Origin: Chrysomallon squamiferum
Lineage: Eukaryota > Animalia > Mollusca
Length of the DNA stretch: 64,000 bases
Assembly: GCA_012295275.1 (NCBI GenBank)
Contig: CM022671.1
Coordinates: 8,184,001-8,248,000 of the forward strand
Direction: 5' to 3'
Made by a program: the position numbers and the translations under genes. The notes under the pieces were generated by a model that had not been told where the DNA came from, made no database searches, and saw only the letters and a list, made by a program, of their open reading frames with translations. Each line of letters opens with the position of its first letter. The first letter of the stretch is position 1. Positions 1-64,000 of this stretch are shown here, piece by piece.

Positions 1-634
1 GAACATCTCATGCCTCTGGCATGATTTTATAAAATGTGCTGAGCTCAGCATATATGGTAAAATCTATTTGTTTCTTTTATCTCAGTTTTATGTTTCCATT
101 AAATCTCCTTTCATTAATCTGAAAAAACATTTATAATACAGTAGTTTGGCACCAGAATGTTGATCAGTTCTCTTTAAATGTAAGAATAATTACTAAATGA
201 ACGAAGGGAAAAAACACTCTAAAACCTTTTTTTGATGAGTAGGAGATATGAAAAAGAAAAATGATAACGTCACATCTGCCAAAAAGCCTAAATATTTTTT
301 ATCCTTTTGAAAAAAAAAGTCCATGATTGATAGATGCAAACCAAGCATCAACAAAGAGTTCAAATAGAAGTTATTGTTGTTTTGTAAACACCAAGCATGA
401 AGAACATTGCACCAGTCAAATTGCAGAGTTCAAGCTACATGTGCAGGTATCAAATTTCAAGACGCTTACACCATAAATACAGAAAAGAATTACTGTTCCA
501 GATGTTTCTTTCTTTCCTGGCATCTATATATGAAATATTACTATGCTGGTTTAAACCTTCAGATCCAAAGAAAATGAAACCAGCAATCTTCATAATTTTG
601 CAAATAAACATTTCCACATTTGTTATGTATGTTA

Positions 635-637
<3 letters not shown>

Positions 638-708
<71 letters not shown>

Positions 709-711
709 CAG
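638..711. repeat. Compound (TG)n(GA)n microsatellite
   Basis: Directly visible. Confidence 0.95.
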
Positions 712-3344
712 ACAAAATTATGGTATTGTTTGTAACTGTAGACAGTAAACTTTTTTCATTTATTAAGTATTAATGTAATTTATATGTTTGGGAGAAAGAA
801 CTTCCTGATTTAGAATACAAAACTATCTTTTGCCAGATTAAGTTCATGAGTTAGGGAAGTGAAATTCAACACCACTACCATACATAACTTTAATAATCAA
901 TTATGTTCTTTGTCATGAAACATTGTTAATTTTACAAACGATTAGAAATTTCTAAATTTTTCATTTTTGTAATCTGAATATTCTAAGATAAGGAGATTAT
1001 ATACAAAAATTCAATACTGGGGATTATACAATATAATCCTTTATTAATTTATTTCATGTTTTGGCACACTCCGTGACTAATTAGATTTTAAAATACATCT
1101 TGTATCAGTACAACAGTTGCTTTTAAAATGAACATAAATATATTCATATTGTTCTGAAGCAAGCCTCTGAATTTTTAACTACTGGCTTGCAATTAAATTG
1201 CAGTAGAACATGCAAAAAACAGGTATACATTACAAATAATGACTGGGTCGAACAACCCAGATTGTAAATATACAATTATTTGCTGGTCATGTTGAATGGT
1301 TTAAAAAATCCACTTTCGTCTTCTGACCTTAGCCAAATATCTAGTGCTAACCTCTCAACTTTTTTCATTTACACTGTATTTAATTTCTCTTTTAATATAT
1401 ATTTAAAAAAAGCATTTATAAAAAGAGAAAAAAAAGAAGCAAAATATGTTAAATTTGTATACATTAAAAACAGTTTGGTCTGGTTTTGGAAGGATGTTAT
1501 ATTCATTGAAGTCACTGAAGCAAAAAGAGATGATTTAATACTGTGTATTTTATATTTTAAAACAAAAAACATTTTATTACAAATTTTTTTTCCATTTTAA
1601 TTTTTTTTAAATAAACTATGAACAGTGTATTATATTGAAGTCTTGCAGATCTTATGACTTATCTAAACTTTGTATTAACATTATGTCAACATTAAAATAA
1701 ATAATATTAAATAAACATTTTATTTAATAATTAATGTTTGGATATTTAGAATTGCCGGTACACTGATTTTTTTTTTAAAGGTAACTTTAATTTTCTGATT
1801 CTTATTTAACATATTCACACACACACACACACACACACACAAACAAACACAAAAAAAAATATTAATGTTTTTTGAATACACAGATTTTTTTATCCCTAAA
1901 CTCAGATATTCAAACTGTCAAATAAATCTGATAATGACCAAACCAAAACTTTCTCTCAAGTTAGTGTTTTGAAAAATATCCAGTTTTCCTGCTGGACAGA
2001 AATATATCAGGTCACATTAGTGACTAATATTAATGACAGCAATACAACATAATCAGAAGACCTTAAGGAAATTGACTATAGTCACACTGGCATACCAAAA
2101 TGATAATGACTTAAGGCAGCAACACAAACAAGGTTAAGCATGTGCATCAGCTTAATCCAACTCTTGGCAGTCTGATTTACAATTTACCATCACTGTCAGA
2201 CAATATTTACATTTTCATTTATCAGTCTTCTGAAAATATATAATTAGCAGAAAGTTCATATATTTACCTTCTCTCTCTCTCACACACACATATACAGATA
2301 CACACAACAGACATATGATACATATTCACAACACAACACAAACACACAAGCACTAACTGAGGCATAAAGCTATTGTAAAAACTAAACAGATATTGGCCAT
2401 AAATAAGCAACCTATAGATAACCTGAAAAAAACGTCCTTGTTACTAATGTCTTAAATAGAAATCTGTACAAGTGTTGACGTACATGAGTGCTTAATATCA
2501 GTTCGCTTTTGTTGAATGGTCAGAGAGCTATAGACTTTGGGTTGGTCAAAAATATGTGTCATGCATAATCAAAAATATAAACAGGTCACCAAACAGGAAG
2601 ATTATTCCTGCATTCATAGATGCAAGCTACTAGTATTTCAAGAGATTGTATTTGTTTGAGAAGCAAGAATTTCCTAGTAACTGGATATGCTGTGATGTTA
2701 ACCTTGCAAAGCTGCATCACACATAATTTTTAACTGCCGTTTATATCAAAATTATGTAATTTTATAAGTCTATTAATTTTGTTGTCTATTAATAAGTCTA
2801 TTAATATTGTTATTTTTTGTGTTCAATTATTTCTTAAAACATTTTAATTTTTTAAAATTTATTTTGGCAATATCAAGTTTTATTTTACTTGTTTTTATTA
2901 TTATTATTATTAATATTTATAAATTTAATTCAATGAAAGTCAATTTCAGTTAACTTTTACACTGTATTAAATCAAACATATTTAAATATAATATATTCTC
3001 ATCTCCTCATTTACAAATAGTAATAGTAATACTATACTATACTGACTTATTTTTTAATTGTTCCTTTCCAAATTCCAGCCAGAATCCATACATTTCTAAT
3101 TTCTATTATTTTTAGTAAGTATTATGTACGTATTATGTATTTTATATACACTGAAAAAGAAATTAAACAAATTAAACAAAACAACTGGGTGTTGATTCAT
3201 TAATATCGGCATTTCTTCAGTCTCCATCAGATGACTGACATTGATGCGTCATCTGTAAGTCGGCCTGTTATGTCATAAACGTCAGACAAAAGAGTCCACG
3301 CTTATAAAGACTGAGTCTTAAGCGGTAAAATTGGATCAACTCAC

Positions 3345-3411
3345 CTCTCATCTGTGACTCAAATAAACTGACGATCTCTTTCTCCTTCTTCGATCGTTTC
3401 TCTGTGGCCAT
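3345..3411 (-). CDS. SRGAP: First coding exon of a SLIT-ROBO Rho GTPase-activating protein (SRGAP family, start of F-BAR domain). The gene continues beyond the left window edge; 1-3344 is intron 1.
   Basis: ATG at 3411 reads MATEKRSKKEKEIVSLFESQMR+G, then a canonical G|GTGAGT donor at 3344. This 67-nt phase-1 exon matches the recalled N-terminus and exon-1 length of vertebrate SRGAP1/2/3 (MTSPAKFKKDKEIIAEYDTQVK|E). Its position divergent from FAM72 supports the call. Confidence 0.8.
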
Positions 3412-4520
3412 TGTAATCCTGGTCGACCACGGTCATAGATATTATGCTTCACAAAGGAAGGAAAAGCGCCAAGATAAGTGTCCAAAACTGGGATATTGTT
3501 CCGTTAGTGTCCTCTGCTAACGCAAAGCTTTCTGGGACATATTGACTAAATCTCGTGCAAGGTGCACGAGTAAACGCGAGACCAAAACAAAAAAATCCAC
3601 ATTACTATATTCTATATTGCATATCAAACTTTCCTTTTGCAAAGCTGACCGATATTATTGGTAATTTTATTATTTAGCATTGTAAATGATTCTGACATTA
3701 GTGGTTCTAAAGCAAATGCCTTAAAAAGTAGAAATTGAAAGAAAAGTACCAGTCGCAGACTGAAAAATAAATCAGATTAACATGTATTCATTTTGGAATT
3801 TAGAAAATATGTTAAATATTATTTCATGTGGTAGCCTTTAAGTTTAACATTTTATTCTTGTTGTAACTAAATAACATCGAGTATACAAATAATTATAATT
3901 TATGTAATTGTTATTGTTGATGTTGTTGTCATTTTTATTATTATACCTTTTCACTTAGATTCTGAAATATATCAAATTGAAAACTGTCAATGATATCAGA
4001 CCTTTTGTCTTAAAAACAAACTAGTAAGCTAACTTGAATTCCGTTATGTCAAACTCTACGCTGTTATTTCTCTACATCTTTTAACAAACTTCCGTTCAGT
4101 GCGAAAATAATTAAAATTATAAAATTATTAAAGACATAGTTTGCAATTTTCTGTTATTTTCCTTAAGAAAACAGTAATTATGAAAATAATTTAAATCGTA
4201 TTTCATTTTGTATGGAGATTAAAATGAACTCATTAGAATCGTTCAAATTTAATCAAGTACTGAAATGAAACTAATGTAATACAAATAGTCTTGGGGGTAT
4301 TTCCTCCATCTCCTTGGAGATAAGTATCTACATTCTAGACCAATCAGATTGTAGATATTCTTGATCTCTCAGCATTTTAACCAATCATTATTATATCGTA
4401 ATGATAAAAATAAATTGTATCCAAAGAAGGGAAATACCACGGCGTCTTGACGTGCATGAGGATTTACAGTTACCATTAAAGTTTTAATTATTATTCTTAT
4501 TTTCTATTAAAATTGTGAAA
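3412..4520. promoter_or_regulatory. Bidirectional promoter/5'UTR region between SRGAP and FAM72
   Basis: 1,109 bp between divergent ATGs. CpG-containing patches near 3400-3580 and 4435-4460; CCAAT boxes at 4340 and 4381; TGACGT at 4448. Confidence 0.6.
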
Positions 4521-8565
<4,045 letters not shown>

Positions 8566-9876
8566 AATTCACATATTTATTATCATTTCACTGGTGCATA
8601 TTTATTTTAACTATTAGAAAATTCATGAAAACACAAGGAAGGTATTACAAATCCCATTTCAACAGTTAATGATATATACAGATCATTTTAACCAATCCAT
8701 TGATGTTGTACCAGTTTATTTATTGGCTTTAGTATCAAAGGGCAATAACTAAGATTGATTTGGATACTGCTGCAGCTAAAAGGCATTATTTAGTGAAATT
8801 AATTGGTTCATATTATTATTACATTAAATTTTCTCCCTGTTTAATGTATTGTTGAAATGATATTTGTTATTTAACCAACACTCAGATAATTCCTTTCTAA
8901 TTCATTTTGTTTCAAAATAGGCTTGCAAGAAAGAAATGTTAACTCTGCATACTTTTATCTTTATTGTTATACACATTTCCATCATGTTACTGTCATCCAT
9001 CTAACTTACATGTATATTATATTTTATAGAAATGTGTACATTGGCAATATGAATTTTCATTTTAACTTCTAATTTTGTGTATTTTTTACTTTTATATCTG
9101 TTATTGGATTATCCATGTTAATGAAGTTAAAGGAATGTAATATTCTTATTTTTACTTATATTTTTAAATTGAAAAATATAATCCTGCTTGTCATATTATT
9201 ATCCTATTTTTGCTATGAATGGAATTATATTAAAAGAGCTTTTCTGTGATTTTTAACTTATGAAGAATAAAGGTGTTTTGTCATTACCATATTTATATGA
9301 CATCATAAGAAATCCAAATATATTTTATGTTAAATAAATGTTTGCTATTTAATCATTGACTTTTGTTGAATTTTTATTCTCAAATGGAACCTGTTTTGTG
9401 TGTTATGGTTCTTACATTGCAGGGAAACCCTTGAAAAGTTTAGAATTAAAAGAGAAAAAAATATAATTTTCATATTCCTGGTAAAAATTCTACTAGTTTC
9501 TGAATTTTATTGATTAATTTCAAACCTAAAGCAATTTCATAATAAATTCTTCTTAGTGCACCTACTGTACCTTTTTCTGTTCCTAAACCTTGCTGTATAA
9601 CTAGTTTACCAAATACTCTTATGTGCTTTCCTCTCTGTGAAAATGTGTATACAAGAGATTTCTTACATATATTCAATACAAATATTATTTGCCTTTGGAA
9701 TGGTGGCAAGTTTCAGTACAAATAGTCAACAAGTTTTATCTCTCATTTTATCAGTATACTCGGATATCAGTGAGACATGTCACATAAGATTCAGACATGT
9801 GGGATATGTATTGAATTTGACATAGACAGACTGGATTGCAAGAAGACATGTTAAATTGTATGTGGTAGTTGTAAAA

Positions 9877-10192
9877 CAGGTTGAAGATCACTTATCCAGA
9901 ATTCCAAAATCCAAAGCTTTTTCTGAGCAGCAGAAATAAGAATAATATCTTACAGTTTTCTCTGTTTTTTTTGCCTATACAAACCATATTTAATGCACAA
10001 AATTATCAAAAATATTATTTTAAAAATCCTGCAGACTATCTGTGTAAGCTGTATATGAAAAATAAATGGAATTCATATTTAGACATAGATTCTATTCTCA
10101 TGTTATCTCCTTGTGTTCCAAAATCTGAAATATTCTGAAATCTAAAACACTTCCGGTCCCAAGCATTTTGGATAAAGCATTCTCTCAACCTG
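9877..10192. mobile_element. Tc1/mariner-pogo (Tigger-type) MITE between the convergent FAM72 and CFAP54 3' ends
   Basis: Imperfect ~25-bp TIRs CAGGTTGAAGATCACTTATCCAGAAT / ATTTTGGATAAAGCATTCTCTCAACCTG, followed by TA on the right (left TA degenerate). Subterminal CCAAAATC(T/C)GAAA repeats as recalled for Tigger4/Zombi. Confidence 0.75.
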
Positions 10193-11395
10193 TATATAAA
10201 ACAAGCTATTTTTTAAAACAAATCATAAATGTAAATTCAGTGAAAATAAAGTCTGTTTTGATGTCAATAAATTTCACCTCTCTGATGATATGAAAGGTAA
10301 TTTTAGTTTTTTCACTTTAGATTTTTATTTCCTGTGTGCTGGTATTTCATTCAGTTAGCAAATACTTATTGATTCACCTTGAAGAAAATCTAGATTTATT
10401 CAGTGGTGATGCAGTTTTATTGATATTTCTTCTGACCAGCTAAAAAGGATTTTCGTTTTTACTTAGCAGAAGCTAAAATAAATCTTCAAATAACAACAAT
10501 TTAATATGCAGATTATAATTTATTGACTTCATTTATCACACAGCAATCTTTTCTAACTATACATAAGCAAATACTGAATTATAAAACAATTAACAAGTCA
10601 TTACAGTATAAAAAGATATAAACTATCACAGACATCACTTTCTTATATCACAGACAAACAAATGATAATAAATATAAAAAAAAAAAATGAATCAGATGCC
10701 TTAGTATTATTACTGACATGAATGAATTTTATAAAAAAACAAATTAAATTTTATTTTAAAAAAATAAAACTTTTATATAATTATTCTGGATCTTTGTTTT
10801 GTTAAAGTCAGATTTTAGGTTTCTATAATTTTAAGGCAACTCTGTTCAGCAGTATTTCATGTCAATATATCATAAATCAGTAATTAAATTGTCAAACATG
10901 TTCATTTTAATATTTTCTTTGACATTATACACAGATAAAGTCAGAACAGAATATTATATTTTAAAGTAATATTTACACGTACACACTGATACTGTAAAAC
11001 AATATAGGATGGACAGATATTTGACTAATATCACATACATTATATTTCTGTCACAAATAGTACATAGAAAAATTAATATCAAAATATAGAATACAAAACA
11101 AATAATAGAATTTAATGATGACTCCAGTTTTGTTTTTATTTTTTGTTTGAATTATTTTGTTAACGTCAAATATATGTACTTTTACCTTTCTTAAGCATTA
11201 ATTTTAATACTTTGATAGCTATTCTACACTTTAAATTTTTTATTAACAAACAAAATTCATGAAACATATACACATTCAAAAAAAGATCACTAACATCAGA
11301 ATCTTTTTTATATTTCATTTTTTTCCAAAATGTTTGTAAAATATCAACAGGATACTTTAACTTTGAATTAGAATTTTTTTTTCTTTTTTTTTCTC

Positions 11396-60714
<49,319 letters not shown>

Positions 60715-61015
60715 GACTGTGGGTTTTTTAATTTTATTATTTGCATGAAAAGAACACAGAAGAAAAATCTACCAAAATATTAAACACTTAAACATTTAGC
60801 AACGGTAGCCATTTTTCAACAACTGGCGTTGCTACTGACATCAAAGTAATTCGATTCTCTCCCTTGGAACACCTGGCTTTAGACTGGTTTTATTATCACT
60901 TTATTAAGTACGTTAATTGCGTATGATATTTAGGAAACAGGTTCATAAACATTTTGGTTGCCGACGGGTCATATAATTGACATTTCATAATTTTTCACCA
61001 CACTGAAACTTAATT
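60715..61015. promoter_or_regulatory. Compact bidirectional promoter for CFAP54/DNAAF11 with RFX X-box-like and forkhead-like motifs
   Basis: 301 bp between divergent ATGs. RFX half-sites TAGCAAC (60797-60803), GTTGCTACTGAC (60828-60839), TAGGAAAC (60931-60938), GTTGCC (60957-60962). Forkhead cores TAAACA at 60781, 60789, 60946. Confidence 0.6.
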
Positions 61016-63969
61016 ATGACAAAAAGTACGTCTGTATATATGCCACATATATGTCTTAATCCCAATATTTGATTTTAGATATATAATAAATGTAGATCTC
61101 TTGTCTGAAGTTAGTTTGACCCGCATAAATATGATTATCATGAAGTTGATCCACTCAGACCAAAGAATTTTGATCTTTATATTCTCGTAGGCTTGTCATA
61201 TGTCCACGTTACTTTCTGTCATTTATAATGAAGAAATAATTTTAAAAGATATTAAAATATTATTTTAAGTAAAATTAATTTTATTTGTATATTTTATAAG
61301 ATTAGATGTCTGTAGTAATAACGTTAATTAGTTAAAAGTTAAGTAAACGGCTACATAAGCAGCAGTAACAACAACAACAAGACCAAAGTTGTTTTCATCT
61401 TACTAAATAAAATATAAACTGAATGTTAAAAACAGAGGTTGAGGAACGATAAACTGCTTTCTTGTAAACCACATTTAAATTATTGTTATAAACTATAGAG
61501 TATTTCATGGTGTAAAATTTGTATTCTCCAGTCACTGAAGATTTGATACGTAAAAGAGCAGAGCACAATGATCTGGAAATCTCAAGTCTTGAGGAAGTCT
61601 CTTTGCATCAACAAGATATAGAAAGGTTTCTTGTTTATTTTTAATTTTATTATTATCATTATTATTTTTTATGACATTACTTTTAAATATTTTTGAACAT
61701 TACAGAGTTATTCTAGAATATACATGCAACTTTTTTCTTTGATGTTTTCATTTTCAGATAGTTTGTTCTGTTTATTAAAATGTTGCAATTGTTTTTTTTA
61801 AATTGTTTTTTAAATGCTGCAGAAGGATTGGTATAATTTAACTTCATGTAAATATCCACTTATATTCATTGATTGTCAGTAAGTTATCATATTTTTGCTC
61901 TTGTATTAAAATAATCTGCTTTGTCCTTGCAGAATTGAATACATAGACAAATGGTGCAGACAACTTAAAATATTATATCTTCAAAGTAACCTGATTCCAA
62001 AAATAGGTAAGAAAATAATCAGATTTAATTACCTGTCAAAAGACTGTCTTTTTCTGTTTGAGAAATCTGTTTTTCTATTTACCATCTGACCATATATTTA
62101 GCATTATTGTTTTAAAATTAATTTTTATTTATTTTACAGAGAATGTTGGTCGGCTAAAGAAACTTGAATATCTAAATTTAGCTTTAAACAATGTGGAAAG
62201 GATAGAAAATTTAGAAGGTATGTAATCTGCTACATGTTTTAATACATTATGTTGATTCAAAACAAATATCAACAATCTTTATTTGTTTAATAATGCATTA
62301 ATTTAAAATAAAATATATAAATATACTATTTACAATATTTGTAAACATATTTTAATTCTTTATTGTATTTTCAGGATGTGAATCATTAAAGAAACTTGAT
62401 TTGACTGTTAATTTTGTTGGAGAGTTGACAAGTTTAGAAACACTGAAAGATAACTACAACTTTAGAGAATTGTAAGAGCTTTTTCTTTTTATATTGGCTA
62501 ATAACTTAAAAAATTTATTTTTTACCTCATATAAATCATATCATAAACCCAATACCTAGATTAGTTATTGCATATTTTCGTAATTATTCACTATAATGTT
62601 ATTGAACACATATAATACATAATTAATTTGATGAATTTAATTTAGCTTTCTAATTAGAAATTCAGCCAAGTAAATAATATTTACATAATCTATTTAATTT
62701 TTTATATTATTTATTTCTTTATATTTTTGTTATAAAGGTTTTATTGCAGAATTTTATTACCTAGTGATATAATTTTTGTATAGATTTCTTACTGGCAATC
62801 CATGTACAGAATTTGAGGGATATAAAGAATATGTGATAGCCACACTTCCCCAGTTGCAGGTGAAGTAGAATAGTCTAGTTACAGTTTGACATCATCCTTA
62901 TGTATTTATATTAATATTAATTTTCATTTCAATGTTAACATGGTTTTCTTAATTTAAATATATATATATATTATTTATTTCAGGTGCTTTTGCTTTAATA
63001 AATCATTCTAAAAAATGAATTAAATTTAACAGCAACCAATTATTATTATTATTATTTTTTTTAAAGATTTATTTAACATTTTCTTTTTTTACTTATATTT
63101 TAAAAATACATTTTTCCTTTTATTTTAGTATCTTGATGGAAGAGAAATAGAAAAATCAGAAAGAATAAAAGCAATACAGGTATTTGATTATTGGCAATCC
63201 TATTAGCAGTCTTTAAGTTGAAAATTCAAAACAAGTTTTCACTGTCTGTTGTTTCACTAGTGTAATTTACATTATTCAAATGCACAAATCTTTCTTGTTA
63301 AATGACTGAGGATTCATTAAATAATTTTTATTTAAGATGTTTTAAAACTGTTAACATGTTTATTTTGTTTTAGAACTATGAAACAACAAGAGCAAGAATA
63401 CTAGAACAAGAGGAAGAGTACAGAAGAAAAAGGGTTTGTTTTAAGATTTAAATTGTTATAGTTCATCAACTTCCACAGCCAAATTACTGTTACATTATAT
63501 AATATATCTATGATACATTATGATAATAATTTAAATGCTTTACTTCCTCATAATAACATTTATCAGTATTCTAAATAGATTTTGTATACTTTTCTTTTTT
63601 CATAGATTTTATTATATGAAATAATATTATTATAGTAAAATTCAAGTAGACATATAACCTCTTAATTATAAAGATAAAAAAGCCAATATATATTTGTGAT
63701 GTTTCAGTTCTGAAATAATTAATTAAAATTTTTAGGTAAGGTCTTAAGAAATTGACAGAAGCTAATAAAGAGTAATTTAATATTAACTATAATTCTTGAT
63801 ATATACTGTTATGTTTCACTCTGCAAAGATACATTGTTCACTGATATTTTTTTTCTTCTGAAATTCCCTTTTAGGCAAAAGAAAAAGAAGAAGCTTTACT
63901 AAAGAAAAAGAAAAAGGAAGAAAAGACACCTGGATTTGATGGGCGATGGTACACAGATATTAATGAAGG
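61016..63969 (+). CDS. DNAAF11: Dynein axonemal assembly factor 11 (LRRC6/tilB/seahorse), 5' nine exons; gene continues past the right edge
   Basis: Exons 61016-61025 (ATGACAAAAA|gtacgt), 61532-61625, 61933-62006, 62140-62217, 62375-62471, 62784-62859, 63129-63179, 63374-63433, 63875-63969. Translation [103 protein letters not shown]...[42 protein letters not shown]...[12 protein letters not shown] shows the LRRs, LRRcap and [11 protein letters not shown] motif of LRRC6. Confidence 0.95.
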
Positions 63970-64000
63970 GTATATTCTTTTGTGTGCATTTTCTTTAAAT

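Noticed and set aside
61507-61531. In-frame ATG GTG upstream of DNAAF11 exon 2 as the start codon
   Set aside because: Immediately followed by TAA. The 10-nt exon at 61016-61025 gives the expected MxxITEDL start.

Overview
AT-rich, microsatellite-rich, intron-dense animal genomic DNA, most likely an invertebrate. A mollusc (possibly a gastropod) is a weak inference from repeat content. Most ORFs in the supplied track are spurious simple-repeat translations or exon fragments. Manual GT-AG assembly gives four genes in two divergent pairs. (1) The first coding exon of an SRGAP-family gene (-, 3345-3411) lies head-to-head with a complete 4-exon FAM72 gene (+, 4521-8565). (2) A ~65-exon, ~3,390-codon CFAP54 gene (-, 11396-60714) lies head-to-head, with 301 bp between start codons, with the 5' part of DNAAF11/LRRC6 (+, 61016 to beyond the window end). 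Main points of interest: the SRGAP-FAM72 pair, known from vertebrates, in an apparent invertebrate; a compact RFX/forkhead-type bidirectional promoter shared by two motile-cilia genes; repeated tandem amplification of CFAP54 3' splice sites into decoy-acceptor arrays that decay away from the exon; two or three single-base frame disruptions in CFAP54 (probably assembly errors); candidate micro/cassette exons; and DNA-transposon MITEs, one resembling mammalian Tigger4/Zombi. Homology calls rest on my recall of the protein families, not on searches.
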